Source of the DNA: an uncultured Acidobacteriota bacterium | Lineage (GTDB): Bacteria > Acidobacteriota > Terriglobia > UBA7540 | DNA: 64,000 nt | Direction: 5' to 3' | NCBI GenBank assembly: GCA_963804995.1 | Contig: CAWDSK010000009.1 | Location: forward strand, 192,001-256,000 | In this document: positions 33,245-44,083 of the stretch, one piece after another | How positions within the stretch are numbered: the stretch's first letter is position 1 | Layout of the letters: each line of letters starts with the position of its first letter | Translations under genes and position numbers: made by a program | Notes under the pieces: generated by a model | What the model was told of the DNA's origin: nothing | What the model saw: only the letters and a program-made list of their open reading frames with translations | Databases searched by the model: none

Positions 33245-33655
33245 ATGGCGGGCGACATAACTCTGGAAGCCGCGGAGCGGATTGTAGCGGCGGCGAAGAA
33301 GAAGGCAGCGGAAATCAATACCAAAATGGACATCGCGGTCGTGGATGCGGGCGGAAATCTCAAGGTCTTTGCGCGCATGGACGGGGCATGGCTCGGCAGC
33401 ATCGACATCGCGCAGCGCAAGGCTCGCACCGCGCGCTGGTTTGACATGGATACGGGCATCATCGGTACGCTCTCGCAACCCGGCGGGCCGCTTTTCGGCA
33501 TCGAGCACTCGAATGGCGGGCTTATCACCTTCCCCGGCGGCGTGCCGCTTAAGAACGCGCAGGGCGAAGTGGTGGGAGCTATCGGGGTCAGTGGAAGTAC
33601 GGTTGAAAACGATCACACGGTGGCCGTAGCCGGCGCCGCCGCGCTTAACAAGTAA
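33245..33655 (+). CDS. GlcG/HbpS-family heme-binding protein
   Basis: [34 protein letters not shown]. Confidence 0.9.
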   Translation: MAGDITLEAAERIVAAAKKKAAEINTKMDIAVVDAGGNLKVFARMDGAWLGSIDIAQRKARTARWFDMDTGIIGTLSQPGGPLFGIEHSNGGLITFPGGVPLKNAQGEVVGAIGVSGSTVENDHTVAVAGAAALNK

Positions 33656-33798
33656 TGGCTGCATGATGGGGCCGGGCCAAGCGCCCGGCCTCTGCACTTC
33701 TCAAAGAGATTTCTCACCTGGGCCCAGCACCGCTCAGCAGCGCCGCAGAATTAAACCAATAGACAAAGCGCAAAATCCAAAGTTGCCAACGGCTGGCG

Positions 33799-35711
33799 GT
33801 TGCGGTAGGGATACCGGTTACCCGGTACCCCCCGCACGGATCCGTACGTGCGCTGGTTAGCGCATACGGCTCTTATCTCGGATGTGTGGCGGCGAACCGT
33901 TGGGATGGCCAAGGATGCACAACGTGCGGAGCAGGCAACCAGCAGGCCGCAAGCTTCCCCAGTCGGTCCCAGTTGAGGCGGTGGCGTTGACTGCGTTGAC
34001 GCAGTTGTGTTCGCCACAGTCGGGTCAACCGTTCCCGAAAGATTCGCAGGCGGTCGAGGTTTCCCGGTACCGCGTGATAGTTGAAGTAGCCTTGCACGAC
34101 CGACCGGAGCCATTTACCCGTATCCGCGATGGGATCGTGCCGACGCTGCCGGAGTTGTTGCTTGAGTTCCTGCAACTTCCCCCGCAGGCGCTTGCTGATC
34201 GTCTTCCGCTTCACGGTAAATTGCCCCCTCCGGTTCTTCCCGCTGATATGCGTGAAGCCCAGAAAGTCGAACGTCTCCGGCTTACCTTCTCCTCTCCGTT
34301 TCCGGTAAAGTTCGGCAAACGGCCCGAACTCGATCCGGCGCGTTTTGTCAGGATGCAGTTCCAATCCAAACTTCCCCACCCGCTCCCGGAAATCCTCCAG
34401 AAAGCGGTCGGCTTCCGTCTGCGATTGGAATCCAAGGACCGTATCGTCGGCATACCGCACCACGACCACGTCTCCCCGGGCGTGCTTCTTGCGCCACGCC
34501 TGCACCCACAGGTCAAAGACGTAGTGCAGATAGATATTCGCCAGCAGGGGCGAGACCACCGCCCCTTGTGGCGTACCCATCTCCGTCTCCGACCATTCGC
34601 CTTCCTCCCTCACCCCGGCTTTCAGCCATTTCTGGATGAGCCGGAGAATCCGGGGGTCGGCGACGCGATGCTGCACGAACTTGAGCATCCATTCGTGGGA
34701 TATCGAATCGAAAAATCCACGAATGTCCGCGTCAAGAACGTAGTTCACGTGCTTCACCGTGAGCGCGTACGAGAGCGCGTCCAGCGCTTGATGCTGGCTG
34801 CATCCCGGTCGAAAGCCATACGAGAAGCCCAGAAAGTCTTCCTCGTAAATCGCCTTGAGGATGGTGACCACGGCCTGTTGGACGATCTTGTCCTCCAGTG
34901 CCGCAACCCCCAACGGACGTTGCCGCCCGTCGCCTTTCGGGATATACGCCCTTCGCGAGGGCTTCGCTCGGAATGCTCCGCGGTGGACCCGGCTGTGCAG
35001 ATCGACGAGTCGACCTTCCAGCCCGCTTTCATACTCCTGCCACGTCATGCCGTCTACTCCCGGTGCAGCTTTTCGCTTCAAGGCGTAAAAGCTTTCCCGC
35101 AGCAGATCGACCGTTAAGTGGTGGAGCAAGGCCGTGAACTTCATCTCCCTGTGTTCCTTCGCGGCTTTCCGCACACCCGCGAGTCCCTGGGACACGCGTG
35201 CCCCGCTCTGTGTCGGGTGCGTGTTAGGCCAACGGGTGTTCTCCTTGATCAGCGGCCTTCCCTCCTCATTCTCCGCCAACGGCTTCCCGTCTTTGTTCAA
35301 ATGATTCATCGGTACTGTTCCGCTGTCCGACTCCTCGAGAGCGTGCAGGCGGGCTGTACGGCCATCGCCTTTTCCCGCCGTCCGGCCACGATCTACGGCG
35401 GCCGGCGCCTCCGAGGTCTCCCGGTTCTCGTGCAGAAAGTGTCTAGGCGTGTCTGGGGTCTACGACTACGCAGGACTGTGCCGGAACTCGCGTTGGCGTC
35501 CCGGCCTCATGTTGCCTTCCGTTTAGTCTGAAAACGTCGGCGTCCTGATTGGACATTTTCGAAGCTCAATACCCAGCCCACCTATTCCCCTGTTTACGCT
35601 TCACCGTGCGCCTCACGACGCCCAGCGCAAAACTCGGGGCCGAGTGGATCGCTACTCCTTCCTCGTGAGAAATTTTCATTCTCTGCTTTCTGCCGGTTTA
35701 TCCCGGCGCAC
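33799..35711 (-). mobile_element. Complete group II intron (IIB-like)
   Basis: 5' GTGCG at 35711; domain V gagccgtatgcgctaaccagcgcacgtacggatccgtgcggggg; domain VI ending ...ccctaccgcAAC at 33799; EBS1 cagact (35525-35530) pairs with IBS1 ggtctg. Confidence 0.93.
33873..35309 (-). CDS. ltrA: Group II intron reverse transcriptase/maturase without an endonuclease domain
   Basis: AAPGVDG, RPLGV, SYGFRPG, GTPQG..SPLLANIYL, RYADD, FDFLGF; no HNH domain. Confidence 0.95.
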   Translation of the reverse strand: MNHLNKDGKPLAENEEGRPLIKENTRWPNTHPTQSGARVSQGLAGVRKAAKEHREMKFTALLHHLTVDLLRESFYALKRKAAPGVDGMTWQEYESGLEGRLVDLHSRVHRGAFRAKPSRRAYIPKGDGRQRPLGVAALEDKIVQQAVVTILKAIYEEDFLGFSYGFRPGCSQHQALDALSYALTVKHVNYVLDADIRGFFDSISHEWMLKFVQHRVADPRILRLIQKWLKAGVREEGEWSETEMGTPQGAVVSPLLANIYLHYVFDLWVQAWRKKHARGDVVVVRYADDTVLGFQSQTEADRFLEDFRERVGKFGLELHPDKTRRIEFGPFAELYRKRRGEGKPETFDFLGFTHISGKNRRGQFTVKRKTISKRLRGKLQELKQQLRQRRHDPIADTGKWLRSVVQGYFNYHAVPGNLDRLRIFRERLTRLWRTQLRQRSQRHRLNWDRLGKLAACWLPAPHVVHPWPSQRFAATHPR

Positions 35712-36075
35712 CAGACCCCCGTTCTTTGGGGTCTGCGATGTCTCGCAGGGACACTCTCTTGGCCAGTGTTTGGAGCGTGTAGAGTCTTACCGTTCTGCAC
35801 GCGCATCTAACGCCCCCGACATGACCACTGGTTAGCCGCAACTCACGCCTGCCACTTCGGGGCATCGCAGACCCCAAAAACCGGGGGTCTGCGCCAGCCA
35901 AGCAAGGCGGAAATTCACGATGCTTCTTAGCCCTCTCCGAGGGGTCGCAGAATCCGCCGTGGCGGAAGAGGGTGGACCGCCGCGGCGTTTTCACCAGCCG
36001 GGACGGGACGGGTGAGGGGTCTCTTCGTCACCCGCTCGCTGCCTTCCGCTTTCTGCCTTCTGTTCTTATTGTGCC

Positions 36076-36279
36076 GCCAACGGCTGGCGCAGACCCCGGC
36101 CCTTTGGGGTCTGCGATGTCTCGCAGGGACACTCTCTTGGCCAGTGTTTGGAGCGTGTAGAGTCTTACCGTTCTGCACGCGCATCTAACGCCCCCGACAT
36201 GACCACTGGTTAGCCGCAACTCACGCCTGCCACTTCGGGGCATCGCAGACCCCAAAAACCGGGGGTCTGCGCCAGCCAA
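36076..36279. repeat. 204-bp REPIN/MITE-like element; intact twin of the intron-interrupted copy (33785-33798 + 35712-35901)
   Basis: ggctggcgcagacccc..ggggtctgcg ... cgcagacccc..ggggtctgcgccagcc; near-identical copies. Confidence 0.88.
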
Positions 36280-36411
36280 CGACATTTGCTGCCTATCCCG
36301 ACTAGTCGGGACTCGCAAAGAACGCTCGCTGCCTACTGCTTACTGCCTTCCGCTTTCTGCCTTCTGCCTTCTGACTTCTGACTCCTAACTTCTAACTCCT
36401 ACCTCCTGCCC

Positions 36412-37170
36412 TCACTGCGCCGTCCACCCGCCGTCGATCAGGATGTCCGTGCCGGTGATAAATCCTGCCGCGTCGGAGCAGAGGAAGACGGCCAGCGGCC
36501 CAATCTCCTCCAGTTTCCCCCATCGCCCCAAGGGAATCTTGGCCGTAAATTCCGCCGTGGCCACGGGATCCTTCAGCAAGACGGTGTTGATTTCCGTGGC
36601 GAAGGGTCCCGGACTGATGGCGTTGGCCGTGATGTTGTGTGGAGCCAGCTCAAGCGCCAGAGCCTTGGTCATGCCGAGCAGGCCGAATTTGCTCGCGCTG
36701 TACGCCGAGCGCAGCCGCAACGACACGTGCGCCAGGGTGGACGCGATGTTGACGATGCGGCCGAATTTCTTCTCCATCATGCCCGGTATGAAGGCTCGCG
36801 TGCAGAGGAACGGGCCATCCAGATTGGTATGGATGACCGAATGCCACTCCTCAAACGTGAACTCGTGAAGCGGCTTGCGAAGATTGATCCCGGCATTGTT
36901 GATGAGAATATCGGGGACGCCGGCTTGCTTGTGGATCCCCTCGGCAAGCGCTGCGACCTCCGCCTCCACCGCAACGTCGGCGACGAAAGCGTGGGCCTTG
37001 CCGCCCCGTCCGGTAATCTCCGCCTTCACTTCTTCCAGCAGCCCGCGGCTGCGCGCCACCAGCACTACAGCGGCACCGGCGTCTGCCAGTGACAAAGCCA
37101 TTTGCTTGCCCAAACCCTTGCTCGCACCCGTTACCACAGCCAAACGACCATCCAGCCTTTGATTTGTCAC
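36412..37170 (-). CDS. SDR oxidoreductase (gluconate 5-dehydrogenase-like)
   Basis: TGASKGLG, NNAG, YSASK, PGPFAT, DGG. Confidence 0.9.
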   Translation of the reverse strand: MTNQRLDGRLAVVTGASKGLGKQMALSLADAGAAVVLVARSRGLLEEVKAEITGRGGKAHAFVADVAVEAEVAALAEGIHKQAGVPDILINNAGINLRKPLHEFTFEEWHSVIHTNLDGPFLCTRAFIPGMMEKKFGRIVNIASTLAHVSLRLRSAYSASKFGLLGMTKALALELAPHNITANAISPGPFATEINTVLLKDPVATAEFTAKIPLGRWGKLEEIGPLAVFLCSDAAGFITGTDILIDGGWTAQ

Positions 37171-37364
37171 GTTACCCTCCTGGGCACGGAAGGTTAACAC
37201 AACCATCGGGGTGGACGTCAAAGGTCCGTGTGAAATTGGTGAGCCAGGATTTCGGGTGGTGGCAGCTCTTGTGGAACCAGCTACGGGCCTGAGGGGGGTA
37301 TCCCTGCTCTCTGCCGGCCCAGGCCATGGCGCTAGTGACGCACCGTGGCCGCTGCCGGAGGCGG

Positions 37365-37775
37365 TTAAGGCTGGCCGGGGTAATCCGGGTTAATCTTGAT
37401 CTTCTTGCCGGGGATTACGGTGATGCGCTCCTGGTAGAAGGCTTTCCCGCCCGGCTTGCGCAACTCGATGACGTGGCTGCCGGGGCGCAGTGGAAACTTT
37501 TTGAGTTGACCGGTGCGGCCCGCAAATCCGCCGTCGATGTAAATCGAATTACCTTTGTTCTTGGTCACGATCTCAACTTCACCCGCGGGCGGGCCGGGGT
37601 AGTATTCCGGGCCACTCCACCAGCCCGCACCATAGAAGCCCGGGTAATATGCCGGACCGTAATAGCCTGCGAAGAAATGGGAGCCGCCGAAATAGATGCC
37701 GCGCGCGGTGGCGGCCGGGGCCAACGTCAGGAATGCCAAAAGGGCAATTGCCGAACATTTCAGAAGCCTCGACAT
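37365..37775 (-). CDS. Secreted PEGA-domain protein
   Basis: Signal peptide; YP-rich linker; IYIDGGFAG...LRPGSHVIEL. Confidence 0.75.
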   Translation of the reverse strand: MSRLLKCSAIALLAFLTLAPAATARGIYFGGSHFFAGYYGPAYYPGFYGAGWWSGPEYYPGPPAGEVEIVTKNKGNSIYIDGGFAGRTGQLKKFPLRPGSHVIELRKPGGKAFYQERITVIPGKKIKINPDYPGQP

Positions 37776-38077
37776 AGCTTGGCCTTCCCTTCCAGGGTCG
37801 GTTCGGGCAAATTGCCTGCCTTTACCGGCTCCATTCAGTTGGATGCAAAAAGGGACAAGCTTGATGCTCCATTACCCTTAAGCCACAGATAATATGTCGC
37901 TTGCTGGCGACAGCGCGATACACGCCAAAATGCCCGAAGTTCGGCACTCGCGATCCGGAGATTGTTGTGAAGTGTCCCGGATTTGCGGCTATTAGCGGCA
38001 TAGCAACCATTGTCCCACCAACTTTCGGGCATGTTACAATGCGCACCCTGTTTCCAAAAAATCGCAGGAGGTAAACT

Positions 38078-39227
38078 TTGCGCAGACAAATCCTGGGACT
38101 GGTTCTTTTGCTCCTTACTCTCACGCTTCCAGCTTTGGCGCAACAAGGGGATCGGGTTGCGAAGCTGCTGGAAGAATTATCGAACACAGTGGCGCCCTCC
38201 GGTTAAGAAGGACCCGTGCGCGAAATCCTGCGGCGCGAATTCCGTGCGGCAGGCCTGGAAATATCGACCGACGGCATGGGCTCTATCATTGGCGTGCTGC
38301 GTGGATCCCCCGACGGGCCGCGCATCATGCTGGCTGCGCACATGGATGAAGTGGGGGCGATCGTCAAATACCTCACGCCGGAAGGCATGGTCAAGTTTCA
38401 AGTTTTGGGGGGGATGCTTGATCAGGCCCTTGTCGATCAGCGCTGGACAATCCTGACAGCCAAAGGTCCGGTGCTGGGAATCAGTGGATTGAAGAGCATT
38501 CACGTGACGCCGGTCGATGAACGCAGCCGCGTGACTCCTCGCGACAACGTGTTTCTTGATGTGGGCGTCAAGTCGAAGCCAGAGGCGGAAGCCTTGGGCA
38601 TTCGCTCCGGTGACCCCATTGCTCCGGCCAGTTCCTTCGCGCCACTCGCCTCCGGCCGTTACGTGGGGAAAGCACTCGAACGATCGCGTGGGCTGCGTCA
38701 TGCTGATCGAGACGCTCCGCCGGCTCAAGGAACAAGGCATCAAGACTCCCAACACGATTTACTTCGTGGGCACGGTCCAGGAGGAAATAGGATTGCGTGG
38801 GGCGCACACGGCCGTGGCGGCGGTGAAGCCTGACCTCGGACTCTCGCTCGAAGCCGGCATTGCGGCGGACCATCCCGGCGGGCAGCCAGACTCCGCACTT
38901 GAAAGATTGGGCGCCGGCCCCGTGATTTACCTCGCGGATTCCGGGATGCTAGTGAACCTCAAGCTGCGGGACTTCCTCGAGCGTGTGGCGCGCGATAATA
39001 ATATCCCCGTGCAGCCGGAGGTCACGAGTGGAGGGGCGGAGGATTCCGCAGAGTTGCAGCGCTTCGGCGCCGGCTTGCCGGCTGCTAATTTCGCGGTTGC
39101 CACTCGCTACCTTCATGGTCACAACAGTGAGATTGAGCGCTCCGATCTTGACCAGGCCATCGACTTGTTGTTGAAGGTGCTGCCGCTTCTCGATGCCCGC
39201 ACCGTGGCTGACATTGCGCGGTTTTAG
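38078..39227 (+). pseudogene. M42-family metallopeptidase with an in-frame TAA (38204) and a +1 frameshift (~38679)
   Basis: Signal peptide; APSG*EGPVR, AAHMDEVG, GKAL(D)DRVG, VQEEIGLRGA, RYLH. Confidence 0.8.
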
Positions 39228-39341
39228 CGGGGATTTTTCACCTGAGGGGGAAAGGGCGAGGCGAAACCCCCGCCCTTCCGACCACTCGAAGATTTCGCCA
39301 GTTTGGAAAGCCGTGGTTACAGACCGCGAAAATCCGAACGA

Positions 39342-40292
39342 CTACTGCCCCACGACTTTAGTGGACATCTTGATATACGGGAAGCACTCCGGGACATGGG
39401 TGTCGTAGACGGCGTGGCGGCTCATCACCCACGCCGGGTGGGGGTTCAGTTCCACTCCACCGGGTTTAAGCAATTCGAAGCGGCCGAAGAAAATCCGCCA
39501 CACGTCGCCGTCGCGCGGCGGCAGTGAGCGTCCCGCGGCCAGAGGTTGCAGGTCCTTCCAGGGGATAGCCAGTTCTACGGTCCAACCTTTGTCGGCTGTC
39601 GAACCGTCATTGATCTTGCCGTCTACGTGCACGGCGTGGCGCAGGCCTGGGAATCCCCAATCAAGAAATGCCCAGCGCAGTCCACGCGGATGCGTCCCCG
39701 TCCAAAAAGATTTGTCCGTCCGATCGTAGTCTCCGCCGAATGTGAGGGCGTGGTGCTTCAGAACGTCGAATTCCGGAACATCGAATAGCCCCCCATCCTT
39801 ATAAGCGTCCCGCCAGATGAAGAAAACCTGGTAGGTGGTGCCGAGGGCGTTGATCTCAAATTCCGAGTAGGCGTCGCCGCCATCGATGAAAACCTCCGCG
39901 TCATTCTCCAGGAAAATCAGCGAGCCGGTTTTGGTCTGGTGGGCTTTCACATAGGGTTCTTCCAGCCACATGCCGAGGTATAGGTTTTGGTCATCCCACA
40001 GGACCGCAGCGCGCGTGTCGTAAAAGCCGGGCGCGCCCGAGACCATGTCGACAAAGCGCGGCGACTTCACCGCCTTTTGCCAGGAGGGATCATCCAGACG
40101 GCCATCAATCGCAATCGGCCCAGCCGCCCGTTGCGCCACATAATGGGCAATGTCGGGCGCGGTGCATCCATAACTCCCCGTACCGGCTTGCAGCAGATCG
40201 CGGGGGCCGCTCGCGGGCTCAGCAGCCACGGCAGTGCGGAAGGGCAAAATAAACAGAACGAGAAGAAGGATTGTTTTGCAAAAGGTTTTCAT
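39342..40292 (-). CDS. Carbohydrate-binding family 9-like protein
   Basis: IDGRLDDPSW, WDDQNLY, ENDAEVFID, EFEINALGT, WTVELAIPW. Confidence 0.85.
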   Translation of the reverse strand: MKTFCKTILLLVLFILPFRTAVAAEPASGPRDLLQAGTGSYGCTAPDIAHYVAQRAAGPIAIDGRLDDPSWQKAVKSPRFVDMVSGAPGFYDTRAAVLWDDQNLYLGMWLEEPYVKAHQTKTGSLIFLENDAEVFIDGGDAYSEFEINALGTTYQVFFIWRDAYKDGGLFDVPEFDVLKHHALTFGGDYDRTDKSFWTGTHPRGLRWAFLDWGFPGLRHAVHVDGKINDGSTADKGWTVELAIPWKDLQPLAAGRSLPPRDGDVWRIFFGRFELLKPGGVELNPHPAWVMSRHAVYDTHVPECFPYIKMSTKVVGQ

Positions 40293-40325
40293 CTTGGGAT
40301 TCCTCGGGGCAGGCGCCACTTTCAG

Positions 40326-41759
40326 CTAATTCGTGCGCCGCCAGATTTTTATAATTGCGTCATCACTGCCGGAGGCAAGATAGCGTCCGTCGCGACTGAT
40401 GGCAACGGTTTCTACAGGTTTGGCATGCTCTGTATAGGAGTGCACCTGCTGGCCCGTGGCCACTTCCCAAATCCGCACGCTGTTATCGTCAACCCCCCCG
40501 GCAAGATACAGTCCGTCGGGGGTGAAGGCCACAGACGTAACGGTTTTGTCCATGCCCGTGAAGGTGTTCACATTCTGGCCCGTCGAGACTTCCCACAGCT
40601 TCAAGGTATTGTCCTCGGCCCCTGTGGCGAGATACCGCCCGGACGGACTGAAGGCCACCGCCCGGACCTCGCTGGTGTGCCCCGTGAGGGTGCGAACTTC
40701 CCGGCCGGTCTGGACATCCCAGAGCTTGATCGTCTTGTCCGCGCTTCCCGTGGCCAGCAGGCGCGAGTCAGGACTAAAGCCGACAGACCAGAGCATGTCC
40801 GAGTGACCCGTTAACGTGTGAATGGCCTGGCCCGAGGCGACATCCCAGATGATTGCCTCGTGGTTCATATCCCCCGAAGCCAGGTAGCGCGAGTCGGGAC
40901 TAAAGGCAACGGGATAAACCGTGCCCTTGTGGCCGGAGAAGGTTTTGACAAGCTGGCCCGAGGGGATGGCCCAGATCTTCACCGTATAGTCCGAACATCC
41001 CGAGGCGAGGTAGCGCCCGTCGGGGCTGATGGAGACGACCATGCCGGGCTTGGAGGGATCAGCGATGTTGAAGACCTGCCGACCCGTGGCCGTTTCCCAG
41101 AGCCGCAGTGTGTAGTCATTTCCGCTGACGGAGGCGAGGTAGCTCCCATCAGGGCTGAATGTGACCGAGGCAACAAAGGCGGTGTGGCCCGCGAGCGTGC
41201 GTTCCACCGCGTAATTGGGCGGACCTACGCTCACCGGAGGCGTTACCGCGCGCGTGCCTGCCTCCAGGTTGGCAGCCACCAAAGCGGAGTGCCCGCCCGC
41301 GATTTCCACAGTCTGCTCGAAGTCGCTGTACCCTTCATGCGAAACCCGGACTTTGTGCTTTCCCGCTGCGAGGCCGGGAAGTTTGAGCAGACCCGCGGAA
41401 CTGGTGCTCCCGGCGCGCACGTCATCCACATACACTTCCGCCGCGCCCGGCGTGGAACGAATTTCCAGCATCGAGGGCGCCCCGGGTTTCCCGGAGATCT
41501 CGCGCAGCGCCTGAATGAGTCGATCGGTGGCGCCGGCCTCGCGCAGGTCACGCTCGATGGCGGGCGATATTTCAAAGGAAATCCCCAGGTCACGAGCCAG
41601 CGATTCCAGCCGCGTGGTAGGGACTTCACCATGGAGGAGGTTGATGATTTCCCCTTCGGTCAGAGGTTCGTGCCGTGTCTGCGCCTGGGCCCGCGGCGCC
41701 AAAAGCACCACTACCGCAAGGAAGGCGTGAGCAACGATAATCCGGGTTGAGTTGGGCAT
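40326..41759 (-). CDS. Secreted PEGA plus WD40-repeat protein
   Basis: About seven GH..V..VAFSPDG..LASG..D.T..(L/I)W repeats; PEGA STPGAAEVYVD. Confidence 0.9.
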   Translation of the reverse strand: MPNSTRIIVAHAFLAVVVLLAPRAQAQTRHEPLTEGEIINLLHGEVPTTRLESLARDLGISFEISPAIERDLREAGATDRLIQALREISGKPGAPSMLEIRSTPGAAEVYVDDVRAGSTSSAGLLKLPGLAAGKHKVRVSHEGYSDFEQTVEIAGGHSALVAANLEAGTRAVTPPVSVGPPNYAVERTLAGHTAFVASVTFSPDGSYLASVSGNDYTLRLWETATGRQVFNIADPSKPGMVVSISPDGRYLASGCSDYTVKIWAIPSGQLVKTFSGHKGTVYPVAFSPDSRYLASGDMNHEAIIWDVASGQAIHTLTGHSDMLWSVGFSPDSRLLATGSADKTIKLWDVQTGREVRTLTGHTSEVRAVAFSPSGRYLATGAEDNTLKLWEVSTGQNVNTFTGMDKTVTSVAFTPDGLYLAGGVDDNSVRIWEVATGQQVHSYTEHAKPVETVAISRDGRYLASGSDDAIIKIWRRTN

Positions 41760-42072
41760 ATCACTGCTAGGCCAAATGAAAGGCCACTCCGCGGGGGCAA
41801 TATATCGGGCCAAGCGTCAAGAGTCAATGCGCGTGCCGGCGCGTGGCGTTCAACGGTTGCCGGCTTGACCCCCTCACCCGTCCCGCCCCGGCTGATGAAA
41901 ACGCCGGCTGCGGTCCACCCTCTGTCGCCGCGGCGACCGAGGGCTGTAAAATGAACTTAACTCCCCCCTCGGTCGCCGCGGCGACAGAGGGGCCGGGGGT
42001 GAGGGGGTTCCAAGGTCGAATCGGGAACCGTCTCCATGCGAAAGCTTACGTGGACGCCATAGGCTCCAGCCC

Positions 42073-43023
42073 TCACCAACTTGCCGCGCTCTTTGCGGAT
42101 TGGTCCGCCAGCGCCATGGCGGCGGCTTTAACGGTTTCGAATTCCTCCGCCGACACATTGGATCCGAAGGGAGGCACGGGGCCGGTGGGAGCGATGCCGG
42201 CGCCTTCGACTGCGGCGTGGAGGACACGCTGCGGCCCCCAGTTATCGCGCAAGTCTTCGAGGGGCAAGAAGTGCGTGCGCAAGACCTCAGCCTTTATGCG
42301 CTCGCCGCGCTCGCAAGCCGTATAGAGACCCTGGCTGAGAGCCGGCGCCACACAACCCGAGCCGGTCGTGAACCCGGGCAGATGCCAGTCAAACATATGC
42401 ACGACCGCGGGCCGCTCGCCGATTCCGGACACCACGCGCCGGCGATCCACGCAGCCCACCAAGTCCGTCAGATACTGATCCTCCAGGGGATCCTCGCGCA
42501 CGATGGCGTACTTGATTCCGCAGCACACGCCGCCCGCCACCAAACGGGCGATGACGTCCAGACCGGCGGAGCGGTTGGCGCCGAAGGTCTGCTCATCCTT
42601 CAGGTAGAGGATCAGCGGTATTCCGGCCGCTTCCGCAAAATCACGCAGGCCACGCTCCAGTCCCACGGCGTCGCGCGGATCGTTACACGGCAGCATCATC
42701 ACGGTAGGGAAACCCAGGCGGCGAACGAGCGGCGCCTGGTCCGCCATCCGCCCGTAAGAGGGACCGGCGCTCGGAATGCACCACAGGTGGTCAGGAAGAG
42801 TCACCAACCATTCGAGAAGCGCCTGATATTCCGCCAGGCTCAGGTGGTAGAGATAGGCGTTGCCACCGTAAAGCACGCGCCTGATCCCCCCCGCAGCGAG
42901 ATGCTCCACGATACGGGCATTGGCACTGAAGTCTATCGTCCTTTGCGCGTCGCTCCGTCGCGCCAAGGGCGGCACGGGGAAGACTCCCCGCAGGTCGTCG
43001 AGAGTAAGGGGTGAGGTACGCAT
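42073..43023 (-). CDS. Dihydrodipicolinate synthase-family lyase (5-dehydro-4-deoxyglucarate dehydratase-like)
   Basis: GVFPVP, YGGNA, ILY, GIKYA Schiff-base lysine. Confidence 0.8.
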   Translation of the reverse strand: MRTSPLTLDDLRGVFPVPPLARRSDAQRTIDFSANARIVEHLAAGGIRRVLYGGNAYLYHLSLAEYQALLEWLVTLPDHLWCIPSAGPSYGRMADQAPLVRRLGFPTVMMLPCNDPRDAVGLERGLRDFAEAAGIPLILYLKDEQTFGANRSAGLDVIARLVAGGVCCGIKYAIVREDPLEDQYLTDLVGCVDRRRVVSGIGERPAVVHMFDWHLPGFTTGSGCVAPALSQGLYTACERGERIKAEVLRTHFLPLEDLRDNWGPQRVLHAAVEGAGIAPTGPVPPFGSNVSAEEFETVKAAAMALADQSAKSAASW

Positions 43024-43201
43024 AGGAGCATAAGCATACACTGGAATTGCCGTTGCGGGTATGAGGAGTAGGGGGTCAGCGCGGAGTTGTGCGCAAGGGG
43101 CACTACTCCGCGGCTCTAAACAGGGTAGCGGATGCCTGCCAGATGGGATTGGGGAAGTAGGGCTTGTTTTCCAAGCGGGTGACGCGAAAACCGGGGCGGC
43201 G

Positions 43202-43396
43202 TTATTCTGCGGCTTTCCTGACGTCCGGGGGTAGGCGGTCCAAAACGAACTGGGAAACGGCCCGTGCCGACGCCTGAGCTTCTTCGGCCACCTGCTGGGT
43301 GGGCCAGAAGGAGTCATCGTATCTCAATTCCACAGCGATGCGGTCACTCTTGGCTTTGCGGAGCAGCCCACGGCAAAGCTCAGCCGCGTCTTTCAT
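43202..43396 (-). pseudogene. HEPN protein with an in-frame internal deletion
   Basis: N-terminal LLRKAKSD joined directly to C-terminal AVELRYD..WP...AEEA; only 64 aa. Confidence 0.65.
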
Positions 43397-43706
43397 AAAT
43401 CGTCGTCCCCTCTCGCACGGCGGTGGTTACAAATGCCTGGGGAACTTGACTCCACTCGTCCACCTCCTCCGGCGTGTAGACCATCACTTCCACTTCCACC
43501 GGCAGATCGGCCAAAGCCACATAAAGAGGAATGGAGCGGCGGTATCGCGGCTCATCGGACGGCTTGATCACCAGCACGTCAAAATCGCTGTTCGGCCGGG
43601 CATCACCCCGCGCTTGACTGCCGAACAAAATCACCTTCTCCGGCTGCGCCGCGTCCACAATGCGGCGGACAATATCGCGAATTAAGGCGTCACTTGGGGA
43701 ACTCAT
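43380..43706 (-). CDS. Minimal nucleotidyltransferase (MNT)
   Basis: PEKVILFGSQARGDARPNSDFDVLVI. Confidence 0.88.
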   Translation of the reverse strand: MSSPSDALIRDIVRRIVDAAQPEKVILFGSQARGDARPNSDFDVLVIKPSDEPRYRRSIPLYVALADLPVEVEVMVYTPEEVDEWSQVPQAFVTTAVREGTTIYERRG

Positions 43707-44083
43707 GTTGCGAAACCTTCTTTGAGTATACCAGAGGTTAGCGGAGGGGGGCTTACGGAAGAAGCGATCGCACAAAAACTCTCGAACGCCAGACGAAAGG
43801 TTTCCGCTTCCTGAGGAGCGTTCTGGAAGTGCTGAGACTGGTCCCGCGATAAGAAAAATCCGGTGTACGTCCGATCAATTGGAGGCATCAGTTCGGGAAG
43901 GACATGATGCAGAGTTTTGCTTCCCCCAACGATCTTACTCCGGCTCGGCTTTCCTGTCCGTCTGCCAATAACTCTGTGGGTTCTGATTTGTTCGGGCCTT
44001 GTGAAGGGAGGATTCGCCTCGTAGTAGGACAGGCATCGTTCAAAGTTCGCAATCAACAGTTCGACTGTAGGCTTTCCCTTCAT
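43703..44083 (-). CDS. Hypothetical protein, probably partial
   Basis: RBS ggagggg; SKTLHHVLPELMPPIDRTYT motif. Confidence 0.5.
   Translation of the reverse strand: MKGKPTVELLIANFERCLSYYEANPPFTRPEQIRTHRVIGRRTGKPSRSKIVGGSKTLHHVLPELMPPIDRTYTGFFLSRDQSQHFQNAPQEAETFRLAFESFCAIASSVSPPPLTSGILKEGFAT

Noticed and set aside
33873..35309. RT as a retron, DGR or CRISPR-associated RT
   Set aside because: Intron 5' end, domains V/VI, EBS1-IBS1 pairing and a maturase domain identify a group II intron. The 204-bp repeats differ only in a loop, not at adenines as in TR/VR pairs.
33882..35531. Long antisense ORFs (also 14285-15121, 22706-23761, 40818-41750, 42100-43014 and others)
   Set aside because: Shadow frames of real genes in GC-rich DNA, with no motifs.
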